Source: Klebsormidium nitens
Lineage: Eukaryota > Plantae > Klebsormidiophyceae
Direction: 5' to 3'
Assembly: GCA_000708835.1 (NCBI GenBank)
Contig: DF236980.1
Location: 163,999-227,998, forward strand
Length of the DNA stretch: 64,000 nucleotides
Every line of letters starts with the position of its first letter. The first letter of the stretch is position 1. The notes beneath the pieces were generated by a model. That model had not been told where the DNA came from and did not search any database. It was given only the letters and a program-made list of their open reading frames with translations. This document shows positions 37,901 through 48,914 of this stretch, piece by piece. A program made the position numbers and the translations under genes.

Positions 37901-40176
37901 GGTACTGGATTTGCAGCCAAAGAAAGACGAACCATGATCCATTTGGGTTACTTAGATGGTAAATAGAACAGGTCATAGGTTTAATGATCTTTCAAGCCGA
38001 CGGTGACAAAACCTTGCCCACAACGGAAAAAGCAGTGCTCTCTCTGCAATCAACGCACTTGCCCCTAAGACCGGACCCTGTGGAACAAAGTCAGCGCACG
38101 GGTATTTACACCGAAAACGCTGACTGCAAGACAATCAAACCCTGTCTCAAAATTAACCCACTCCTTAACCCATCTGGGTCAAGCGGGTGCGTCGCCCCCC
38201 AGCGCCGTAGTGTGCGCAGGAAGCCCATGTCCTGCTCTTCCCAGGTAAAGTTGGGCGACGATTGTGCGTAAGGCTCCGTCGGCCCGTCGGGCTGTCCATC
38301 AAAGAGCAGGTAGTGCGCATTCTTCCCAACTTTTGCATGGCCCTGTACGGTGCTGCCCCACTCCTTCAGCTGCAACGGAGGGGGAGCAGAAAAGGTCCGC
38401 AATATGGCACAAACACTTTTGAATGTTTGCGCACAGTGAGAGATACGAGTACGATGGACCAATTGTGAGCAGGCATTCCTCACAATTTTTACGTAGTTTT
38501 ACAGTGTCAGAGCCTTTGTACGAAAGTTGCGAGCGGCTGTACGAGCGAACTGTTTCTGCTATCATGCCCTTCGTGTCGACGGCTGGTATTGGACAGAAGC
38601 CCAACACTGAGCCTCGATTACCTGGGTACTAGCTGGATCAACATCTGGGGGTCTGTTGAAATTGTTGGTATCATCGAGTATGACCAGATATTCTGTCAGA
38701 GGGTAGCTGATCGGTTAGGCAGAAGGATCGGATTCTGATCGACGCAGTGAACAATGAGCACAAGGAGGACAACGGACACGCGATGAGACTGGTGGGATAC
38801 GGGTGGCTACGGCTGCGGAGCGCGTAAACCTTCTGTTCAGGTTTTGGTTTAAGTAGAGGGCTTATCAACCTCTGGGCTTATTGTTCATTGAACGAAAAGT
38901 ACCCAAAAACGGGCCTATATGCCTTGAGGGAGCAATATGATGATGTAACTTCCAGCTGGCATACCTCGAGGCGGTGTATCCTGATGACGTCCCCCGGGGC
39001 GGCCACCCGGGGGAGCAAGTCCATGTCCTTTGCAAAGAAGAGCAGGCGCATTCCAGGGGTGCTGTAGGACATGTCGACCACTGTGAGGGTGGCAACTGCA
39101 GGGGGGAAAGAAAGGCTCTATACATGGGGGATTGAGATAACTTTCAGCTTGGATATGTCTGCTTGAAGCGATTGGACGAAGTCAATTCTTAGTAGCATGG
39201 CATACTTAGTGGCCAGGAGACTAAGAGTGACACGATTAAGGAGTTGATTATGTGAATATGCACTTGTTTTGAGTTTTAAGAATAAGGGTTTTGCTTGGTT
39301 GTTCCTGAGGTTTGAGATGGGGAAGCGCCTGAGGCGGGGCATGCGACCATAATGGATTTGACAATCTTAGATCTGCTGTATTTCAAGTGCGTAAGGAGAA
39401 TTCAACGAACTGTGCAAGAAGCAAAGACGAATGGAAGGGGCACTTATGAATCAGGAGGAAGGGCTGCCAGGGCAGTGGGGGGGAGAAAGCACGACATACA
39501 AGGACACGTTCTGCAAAAATCTGCCACACAGAGGACAAACCCGCAATATTGGTCAAACACGGCATCAAGGACTGAACTTACTGTTGTCTGTTCCGCTGGT
39601 CTTCCTAGGCTGCTCGAAGTCCGTCACAACAGCATAGATGTTTACCACCTTGCCCGTGCCTACTGTTTGGATTGCCTCGCTGAGCCTTGTATAGGTGTAG
39701 GAGACCTGCCAGGATATGATGGTGATGGCTGAGAAGGATATAAACATCATCACTGCATGCTCTGAACAGAGCCTCCTTGGAGCCGATTGGGCTTGGACGC
39801 AATAGGTTTTCTTGGCTCATCTTGGGGCATATTCTACAATCTGCCATGAAGGGGGTTAAAAGATTGCATTGCAACAAATTGCTCAGGAACAATCTGGGCG
39901 ACTGGGTTGTAATGCAATAGACACAATTGTTCATTCTGAAGTGAAGAGGGCGTTGTTAACAAACAACGCATCTGGAGGGATGTCAGGCGATTCGATATGA
40001 ATCATAGCCAGAGCAACACCAGGTTAGTGCACTGCTGCCATGCTTTGCAGCGATGACAAAAGCCAATGCAAACAGCCATCAATAGTAGATACAATGCTCC
40101 CTGTAGAACTTACTGGTGCACGGGGATGCTGCCTGGGCTTGTAGGGCTTCCGGGCAGGAGGCCCAACCCCCGACAT
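31905..40176 (-). CDS. POT1: Protection of telomeres 1 (three OB folds), ~554 aa, 10 exons
   Basis: Exons 40176-40114, 39705-39582, 39095-38965, 38369-38162, 37412-37342, 36994-36900, 35556-35278, 34227-34092, 32925-32623 and 32159-31905 total 1665 nt in frame. Motifs include KVVNIYAVVTDFEQPRKTSGTD, LPRVAAPGDVIRIHRL, LHVWDGTD, GKWYKFRNIK, DVPFSTL, FRCIVRV, LTLEDPTARL and PWLVCCIQSY...YRIFDTKL. Confidence 0.92.
33725..34150 (-). repeat. ~140 bp tandem array copying the 3' end and donor of POT1 exon 8 into intron 8
   Basis: GCACCTCCGCCGGGGTTGCGAGC(A/G)CTTCCCGCAAGGTGGAGAAGGGGACGTCA occurs near 34088 and 33944. Degenerate copies lie near 33810-33880 and 33730-33810. Confidence 0.9.
34730..35330 (-). 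repeat. Tandem array (~115-160 bp, ~5 copies) copying the 3' end and donor of POT1 exon 7 into intron 7
   Basis: The real CTCAG|GTGAGA at 35278 is echoed at 35164 (near identical), 35006, ~34875 and ~34750, with increasing decay. Confidence 0.85.
35430..36480 (-). repeat. ~145-170 bp tandem array (at least 6 copies, interrupted by the gap) copying the acceptor and 5' part of POT1 exon 7 into intron 6
   Basis: The plus-strand core CATCGTCTG(G/T)GGACCTGGA recurs at ~35544, 35834, 35993, 36162, 36313 and (degenerate) 36453. Each copy comes with the GAGCACGGA...GGCTCGG block. Confidence 0.9.
35576..35833. other. Assembly gap (258 N) inside the POT1 repeat array
   Basis: A run of N flanked on both sides by the same repeat unit. 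Confidence 0.99.
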
Positions 40177-41023
40177 CTTGGTTGCAGTCTCAGTTGCAGT
40201 TGGTTGTGTCAAAGGTAGTTTATTAAGTTGGTAAGGGCAGTGTCGATTGACGAGGATGTCCAGGAGCTGAGGTTCCGCTCTCCTAGACCCTGTCAGATGC
40301 AATGCTTACAGACCAAACTGAGTCAGGCTCAATATTGCAGCATTTTCGAAGACAGCTTCAAGCACAGCTTCAAGCACCTTAGACCCATGTGAGCAGACAG
40401 GATTGGCTTGAGTAGCTCCCTCTCCACAGTCTTTTTAAGTAGGCCCATGCTGGCAATGCCGCGCTTCCGCTCTCCGATTCAAATTGGGAGTGGATGGAAG
40501 AATTAAAGAAGAATTGTTCCCCACAGTGCATGCCCTCCATTGCCATTGGCATCAGCGCACTGCGCAGCGCCCTATCCTGTTCTGACACTCGTTCAAAATC
40601 CTTTTGAAATTGCAGAATCCAAGCATGAACGCGGGAAACTGAAAGCAGCCTTGCCCAATCAAAGACGGGCTGGCATGCCACATGTTTCACGTGGTAATGA
40701 TCGACGGCCTTTGGTGAACCATCGACGGTCACAGTTGTACTCAACTTGTGAAGCTTTGGAGCACCTGCTTGTTCAATCAAAGCTCAGAAGAGTCCAGAAG
40801 GTCTTCCTTCTGAATCTCAATTAATTTCAAGGACTGTCCTGGAAATCAAGTTCCAGCTTGTGTTGTGGTCTCGAAGGGGAAAAGCTGTCATTGGTCAGGT
40901 TGGAGTTGCTAGTATTTGTCGCAGCTGTGAGAGGGGAGCCTCAGGTTGGGAGCAGACAAGCACGGTCATGTTGGAGCGCAGCTCGAAAGACGCTCTTGGT
41001 TATCCAGCCCAGTCGGGCGCAGA
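40177..41023. promoter_or_regulatory. Divergent region between POT1 and the F-box gene (847 bp)
   Basis: ATGs at 40176 (-) and 41024 (+). Confidence 0.5.
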
Positions 41024-42367
41024 ATGGATGCACGGGGCTCCGCTGGGGCTGCAGGATCACATTGTCCTTTCGACAGGCTCTCAGACGATCTTGTGCTGCG
41101 GATATTGATTGAGGCATCAGATCTGTATGACCCATGATTCCGACCACGCCTTGGCTTCATTGAACCTGGTCTGCACGTTGAGGGCGGTGTGTTCCCGCTT
41201 TGACAGGATCATCCCTGAGGTAGACCGCTTGCTCTTAAATGACAGGCAGCACGCAAGCAAGTTGATCTGCTTTGTCCAAGAAAGGAGAGCTGTGAAGTCG
41301 ATCTGCGTAAATGCGGGTCACCTTTCCCCGCTGTTACTGCAGGGTGTGTTAGGGGCAACTCCACAATTGGAACGGCTCATGATAGTGGATACCTTCCAGC
41401 CAGAACCAGGAGATCACGACGAGAGGATACACGACCTGTTCCGCTCTTTGTCAGGATGCTACCAGCTCAGGACATTGGAGCTAAACTATCTGCTGGATGC
41501 AGCAGGTGCATTCCGCGGGGCCTTGCTCTCAAGCAGGCATCAGCTTATAAAGCTCACTACATTGAGCCTGACGAACGTCGGTTTAGATGATGCGTGGCTC
41601 TCAAGCATTACCAAAATATGCCCATGCTTACAAATTTTGAACCTGGAAGACGTGTCTGGGCTCGAATGCCCCGTCATACTATCCGAAAGCTTGACAAGCA
41701 TCACCGGACCATGGAGAAGAGCTCAGGAGGTGCTTCGTACACAAACTTCCTTGACATTGAAGCACCCCAACTGCTAGGGTTGAAGATTGCATATGTTTGG
41801 AAGCTAACGCTCAGTGTGCCGAGGCTTCAAGAGCTTCATTTAGAGCGGGCTTGGGACATTGTCAAGCAAACAGACTGGAAGGTGTCGGCGTTGGTGATCA
41901 AGGAAGCATACATGTCTTATAAGGATTTTTTGCATCTTTTGAATATGTTCAAGGATGCCAAAGTGCTTAGTATTGGAAAGCCCTACTCAGCAGTCTCAGG
42001 TGAAGCTTACAAGGATGAGGTGGAGCTATCGGGGATTTTTCGTTGTTTCAAGCACCTTGAAGAGTTACACATTCCCTTGTATCTGTCTAGGTCCTTGATG
42101 TTAGAGCAAAAAGTGGTCTCGAAACTAGAGCCTTTGGCAAGTCTAAAAAGGTTGAAGGTAGGCTTTGAGAAAGCGGAGGGGCTTTGTAGTCTATGCTTGG
42201 CAATGTTCAAGCTTTCGCCTAAGCTTGAACGCATTGATATCGATCTTACTGAGATGGTGCAAAGGAATGTGGCAATAGATGATCTGGTCGCTATTATACT
42301 AAGGCTTCAAAAACGGCACCCTTCTTCAAGTATTGCAGTAGAATGGCCAGAGCGATGCAGAATCTAG
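41024..42367 (+). pseudogene. Intronless F-box/LRR-like gene with two frameshifts (pseudogene or assembly error)
   Basis: An F-box-like segment CPFDRLSDDLVLRILIEAS stops at 41135-41137. Coding continues in another frame (LVCTLRAVCSRFDRII...LRTLEL...LTTLSLTNVGLDDAWLSSITKICPCLQILNLEDV) and returns to the first frame near 41705-41720 (LDIEAPQLLGLKI...LKRLKV...KLERIDI). No convincing intron explains either shift. Confidence 0.75.
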
Positions 42368-43666
42368 AGCCGATAAGAGAAGTCTGGCTATGATTATTAT
42401 AAAGGCCAAGTAGCCTAGTGCTTTGAGAAGAGGAAAAACAAAACCTTCAACCGGTACCGAAACAGCCGAAACAATGGCTGCTTGAATACATCAAAGCGCA
42501 GACGAACTTTTCACGACATATTAGTTGATTGTATGGTTGCTTGTATGCACTCATTTGAAGCATAATCCAGTCGGCCTTGCACAGGGCATCCATGCATGAT
42601 CCCCATTTGTTTGTCGTTGCCTTCTGAAGTTGGTGGTAAGGTGTACAACATTGACGTATCGCGCTTACCATCTTGGAATAGTACATAGCAATGCATGAAT
42701 GCAATTAAGCTCCTCCTCGAGCTAAACATGCAATTCCGAAGCTACAATTTGACTCACGGTAGTGTACATGCTTACATGTAGTACGCTGCCTCTACCTCGG
42801 CAATGATGCCTCGCATATTTCGAACGATGTACAACCAATATGCACGTTGCGCTGAACGGCTCAAAGCTTGCGCACCCATACTGAGCCCGCGGTCCTTTTC
42901 ACGGACCGCGTCGACGCGTCTGCCACAAACATGTATGAGAATCACACGTGGATTGGAAATGCTTTTACGTTAAAACTTAAATTAAATACTAATAACCTCA
43001 ATGATTAATTCAGGAGCTACAAAGAAGGACGGGACATAATCGGTTGCAGCTGGTTATACGGTGCAACTGGTGACCGCGTTCAATAATTCTTGATGATATC
43101 TGTAGATTGCATGCGTGCATCGGAGATAGCCAGCTCATGCAATTCGATCCATCTTTGTGATCAATGACGGGGTGGCCGCTTGCAGTTTATCAAGTCAATG
43201 ATCTCGGCGCGCGACTCCGAGCCTATTAAGCATGTTTAAACTCTAGTTGGCGACACGGTTCGAATCATTGCATGTCGCTTCAACAAGCCAACAATTTTTG
43301 ACCATAAGTGCAACACAAGCTCGTCAAGCGATTATCCTAGCAAACTGAATCTTCTCTGCAAGATTCAGTATCAAGTGCGCAACTGCACACAGTACACGTC
43401 AGAAGCTTGTATAATGTGTGCGCCAACACTGGACAATTCAGCACCACGGGCACCATGGATTCCACTTTGGCTCCCCTCTCGAGCTGCAGCGCTTCAATGT
43501 AAATATGGCAAACTCCACAATTCTTCAGCTTGCAAAAGCGTATCAACAACTGACATCAAGCATATTTATGACCATCGAACCCTTTTTGAACCAAGGGTAA
43601 GGGTTGCATTTCCTGGCGAGCTTCATCGTACACATCAACGTTTGACACAGCCCGACCAACACTCTG

Positions 43667-46600
43667 TCAGCATTTAACTTCCACAAAGAAGTCTGAAGGC
43701 GGAAGAGTATCTATGATGCGACTTTCCCTCGTTTCTATGACGCCAACACCAGATAATCGTTGCAATCCCGCTTCCAATGCCACAAAGTTCTGCAAAAAGA
43801 GGAGTTCGCATCGGTTAGGCAGCAGATCTTTTGACGGTTCACGATCTAGCAACAGCTCAATCGGTCATCTGTCCATTCATGGACCCCATGTTGACAACAT
43901 AAACAGAAAAGGCACCATACCTGAGAACGGCCTCAAATCGTCCTATTTCACGTTTCAAGCCTGACAGGCCGCTCCTTTGGAATCCGACTAACATCGGTTT
44001 GTTTGAAGCGTCAACGAACTACCCAACTTCTTGACAACACCGCCAAAGAGATGCTCCGCATGGTTCTCATATCGAAGAGAGTTATTTTGAATCTTACCAG
44101 GCCGAATTCGTGAGAAGAATGGGGCGGAAGCTCTTCCAGCGTGTATGCTTTTGGCCCGCACGTGACTATCATGCGCTGAATCCCCTGGGCCATCAGAAAC
44201 CCGACCCGAACGGGGCCTACCGCCTTGTCGCTTCCGTTTCGTATCCGGCATGAAAGCTGCAACAAAAAGACACGCTTCAGCCAGATAAGAAACACTGTTC
44301 GAATGACCTGATCTTGCGACTCTTGTGAAGGCATGATGCCGCCACCAAGACCGAGGATGCTGAAGCTCTAAAACAGTCAAGATCCAGACAAACTTGTGCT
44401 TGGAGAAGACAAAGCAACGCTGGCAAAGGACAATTAACTCTTGGCGAATGATGCCAATCAAATGACCTCGTCTGAGTCCGTCGATAAGAGCAATGGACAA
44501 GGCATGGCTGCTCCTTTCTCGGGATGCTGAAGTTGAACAAAGTATCCGTTGAAAGTTCCTCCTCCCCCGGGATGATCAAGACGAACACCAGATTCTGGTT
44601 TCGGGAGCATGACGAAGACAGTTCCTAACCACGAAAACACTTGAGGCTTGACAGAAGAAGCTTGAGGCTCAGTTTCAGGACGTTCGTCTTGTCTTCAAAC
44701 GACCAGACTTCCGTACCAATACTCCGTAACTCAGAATTGGACTTAAACCAATGATACGCACCGCTTCTGGGAGAAGACACTGTCACAGGAGGAACTTAGA
44801 AGCAATTCTACCACAAGTTCCGCAAGCCCCACGTCAAGCATGAGAACGCCAACAGGAGTAAGTTAAACACCCCGATCTCCTCGGATACATGGACGGACCC
44901 CTTATTCGGTTTGAACTGCACCCTTTAACCAAAGCGACAGATTATAAAGAAAAAATTTGTATTCGAGCAGATTCGACGTCAGACTCAGCTGGAAGCGAAG
45001 CATCTGGTTCAACACTGCACTCAGCGAATTCAAGTGCAAAGCGCCAACGAATCGTACAGGTACCTCAGAAAGGAAGCGAACCCGCAAAGGGGAAAGGCAC
45101 TTTCATACGTATCTTGAAAGTCCGTCTGAACAAACATCGAATGAGAAAGCTCCCGGGAATGTTACTTTTGCCCCCTGAACTATCAGATCTTCCCATTCAT
45201 CAGTAGCGCCTTTCCGATTCAAACCGAAGGGCACCAGGATGAGGCCACAGCGCAAACCGAAAACACCCGCTACTCAAAGTCCCCCTTCTTTCCTTGTTGG
45301 TCACGATGATTCCTCCTCCGTCTACCAAGGCCCTCAATGAGGCCCCAGCCGACATATCGACATGCGAGGACTCGCGGCCCCTCGTTTTCTCAAAGGGCTT
45401 TTCCACCTCTTACCCGTATTACCTCAAGCCTCAGGTTTCATGATGAAAGGGCAGCCCTTTCATTTCCCTCTCACCCTAAGAAACGGCTGCTCCCCCCCTC
45501 TAGCCAGGGGAAACCTTGAATCTCCGACAATCGCTCCAAGGAGAATCTTTTACCTCAACTCCAAGCAACAAACAAACGAACAAAAGCCTGCAGCTCCCCT
45601 CACCATGAACGGCTTCTCCACCTCTTTTCAAGGAAACTCGTTACAAACGCAAAACTCCCCAACCCCTCACCAGTAAACTCTCTCTACCTCCATTCAAACG
45701 AGACAGAGCTTCCCACCACACCTCACCATGAACCGCTTCTCCCCCTTTGTCGAAAGAAACTCTTACGAACACGAAAACCCCCAGCCCCTCGCCAGTACGG
45801 TTTCTAAACCTACATTCAAACGAACGCACACAAAGACAGGCTTCCCACAAACCCTCACCACGAACGGCTTCTCCATCTCTAGCCCGAGTTAACTTCAATG
45901 GTAAAATTCTGCTCCCGGGAACAGCCTTTCACTCAACTTCAAGGAACACACAAACAAACAAAAGAACCGCAGCCCCCCTCACCATAAACGGCTTCTCCAC
46001 CTCCCTTCAAAAACAATGTACGGAAAAAGTCCCCCCCCAGCCCCTCACCAGTGAAGTTTGTCCACCTCCATTGAAAGGAACACACACAACCCCTCACCAT
46101 GAACGGCTTCTCCACCTCTTTCGAATGAAAGTCGTACGAAACACAACGCCTCCAGCCCCTCAACTTTAAAGGGAAAAAACATGAAGACAAAACTGCCCAC
46201 CACCCCTCACCATGAAAGGCTTCTCCACCTCGATCCGCGGCGGCACATCCAGCACCCGCAGCTCGACCTCCTTGCGTGCGGGCGCGTTGCCCATGATCTG
46301 CTGCGTCTGCAGCCGCCCCGGTTCCCCGAGCGTGCCGCGCCACGTGATATCGAGCTTCCCCAGGACGTTTGCGCTCCCGCTCGGGCTCGGAGCTCCGGGG
46401 GCGCTGGGGTCGACCCGCGTGAGGTGGTACAGGAAGTACTTGGAACCGCCGCCGCCTTTGATGAGGTTGGTCTCTTTGTGGAAGCTGGAGGGAGGGTGAG
46501 GAGTGAGCCGGAGGCTTCGATGGTTTACAAGGCTGGGCAACCCCGTGATGAGATGGTTCTTTCTGTAATAGCTGGTTTGTGATAGTGCACCTCTCCAAGA

Positions 46601-47974
46601 AACTCCTGAGCTGAGCTCAGTCGGAAAGGATCTCTTCTCAACCGGCAGGATGCAGTGTTCGTGATTTTAAAGGCTGCAACGCTCCAGGCGGAGGACTCGA
46701 AACCACCAACGGGGTGAACAAAATGAGGCGCTTAGTATTGTGAGTGGTGGCCAGGGAGTCCGGCGGTGTCCACTGATCTGTACTCTTTATTTGCATCAAA
46801 AACCAACTTATAAAACAAAAGAAAGCCCCTCAAAGCGAAAGACCCCCAGAACTACGAACATGACTCTCGGAACACTTGTACAGTCCCGTGGCTTGATCCA
46901 TATGCTGGGTCCTGTAGGGGCACGGCCCTAGGCGGCTCTCTTCCCAGAACATGCTCTCTGATTTCGAGAGGTGAAAATCTTAAGAAAGGTGCCTTACCGT
47001 GGAAGATCATCGCTGGCCGGACTGGTTTCGTCGGGGTTGAGGGGGGTGCAGAAGAAATTGGGGGAGGGGTCAAATCGCACATGGTCGAGGAAGAGCGGGC
47101 CTTTTGTGCTGTTCTCAATGCAGGCCTCGAGGAAGGTGCTCTCCTTGACCACCCGAACCTGTAGCAACACAAGAAGATTGTCAATGACAGAAGCGTACAT
47201 CAAGCAACAAATTGAAAGATTCTGGATTGCAGGTCGATGCATGATATTGCAAAATTTGCTCTTGAGAAACTCATTGCGTGGATTGAACAGGCCACAGTGT
47301 CTGTGCTTCAAGCAGGTAGAGCCCAACACCCCTTCCATCAAAGGACATAATATGCCCCCCGCCAAAAACATGAGATCCCGAGAAGCTCGCTAGCGGCTCA
47401 CCTTCGTTCGGACTGACAGCGGGTTGGACGCCAGGAACTTGAAGTACTGAGGCAGATACTTGCGCTCCCCTTCCGGGTCTACGTAAGCGGCCGAGCATAT
47501 GAGGGTGTGAGCCCCCAGTTCCTTGATGTCGTGCTCGATGATGAAATCATACCGGCCCCCCGGTGGTAGCGTCGCAATTGGAGAGTGCGTATTGTCTGCT
47601 AGAGTCACCCGCTGCCTCTCAGTTTGTAGCTCAGCCTTCACCCCCACCTGAGTCACTTCAAGGCCTGAGGAGTTGCTCACGCTGATGTAGCTGCAGAACG
47701 TTTCGCCGAGGTAGATGGAGCCGAAAGTCTGGGGGAGCACGAGCATCCCCGTGACTCCGAATGCATCCATCGAGCTGTGCAACTCTGCCCTTCCCGAGAA
47801 CGAGCCATCAGGAGGGGGGCCTGTGAGCGGTGGTATGGCGCCGCCCTCAGCAATGAGGTCATGAGGGTGCACACGAAGGGGGAGGTCTACTTGTAGAGCT
47901 GGCCTGCAGAGGCGCATCACCCTGAAGACGAGAGAGTGGGCGGCGCCATCCCGCGCAGAGGGCGAAGATGCCAT
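43667..47974 (-). CDS. TRAPPC13: Trafficking protein particle complex subunit 13, 429 aa, 5 exons
   Basis: Exons 47974-47402, 47158-46998, 46484-46211, 44256-44098 and 43789-43667 total 1290 nt. Motifs include HSLVFRVMRLCRP, LPQTFGSIYLGETFCSYIS, VKAELQTERQR, EHDIKELGAHTLICSAAY, YFKFLASNPLSVRTK and LGKLDITWRGTLGEPGRLQT. Confidence 0.95.
45390..46230 (-). repeat. ~113-132 bp tandem array (7 copies plus a remnant) copying the TRAPPC13 exon 3 end and donor into intron 3
   Basis: The plus-strand core CCTCACCATGAACGGCTTCTCCACCTC equals GAGGTGGAGAAGCCGTTCATG|GTGAGG on the sense strand. Exon-end positions are 46211 (real), 46098, 45983, 45859, 45727, 45604 and 45475, with a remnant near 45395. Confidence 0.92.
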
Positions 47975-48914
47975 TTTTGAGGTCGGCGCAAGGGCAAAAG
48001 TCGAGGTAGAAACGGCTTGGGACTCTGAAAGTGAGGGTCTGTAACGGGGAAGAAAGTGATGCGCCTGATTGCGAGCATCAGCTATAGGTCACTGAGGCTG
48101 CTCCTGGGCATCCTGCCTTGGCGCCGCACCTCACAGGCTTTGCACAAGACCTGTACCTCAAAGTGAGTCTCATCCAGAAGCACTGTGGACAAGTCTCCTG
48201 CTTACATTCAAGCAAACACGTTCAGTCCCAAGAGCCACATTCCCAACTCCTTCAGGTGCCAGGCCAAGGAAACAACTGCTTTGTGCACCGTGACTCCTTT
48301 TAGAGAGGCGGAAGAATTGATGTCTATCTCGCAATTGCCTTCACTTCCAATGCCTTCACTTCCAATGCTTCCAAGTTCCAGATACAGGGCGGCACAGCTT
48401 GCGAACCTCTTTTGCCATTGGCATTGGGCTCTTCTTTTGCTGCTCCGGGTCCAAGCACTCCCCGTGTCGTATATGGGCGGAGTATAGAGGGGCCTGCTGT
48501 ACGGCTATGCCGCCTCAAATTGATGATTTGTAAATTGGACCATAAATGGTCTCGACCTGACTACCGAAACAGCCCGAACCCAAAAACGGAAACGCAAAAA
48601 TAGCTTAGCAAGCGCGTATGACAGACATATGAAGCACCTATGTATGCATAAGCAGGTGCCGCTGTCGAACACAGCTAGCCTGAGCTGGTGACCCTGTTTC
48701 ATGAGCTTGCCATGCATGTACCAATTCAAACCAAGGAGCTGGAGCTGGGCCATTCTGGCGTTTTCCTGCTGAACAGTTCTAGGTCTCATTCCGCCAGGAT
48801 GCACGTAGATGCACGTTGATGCATGCAACTTTCTGGGTCATACAACAGCTTGCTTATCTGCGCAACGCTGCTGCATTTGAGCGAGCGGTACTCACAACGA
48901 AAAGTAATAAAGGA
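47975..48914. promoter_or_regulatory. Divergent region between TRAPPC13 and the conserved uncharacterised gene (940 bp)
   Basis: ATGs at 47974 (-) and 48915 (+). Confidence 0.5.

Noticed and set aside
43243-43275. GGTTCGAATC tRNA T-loop/B-box-like motif
   Set aside because: No acceptor stem, D arm or anticodon arm could be built around it.
43988-45206. ORFs of 100-170 aa within TRAPPC13 introns 3-4
   Set aside because: Only 44256-44098 matches TRAPPC13. The rest lack motifs and codon bias.
33725-46230. Regularly spaced repeats superficially like CRISPR arrays
   Set aside because: This is a eukaryotic context, the units are degenerate along their whole length with no unique spacers, they derive from exon junctions, and there are no cas genes.
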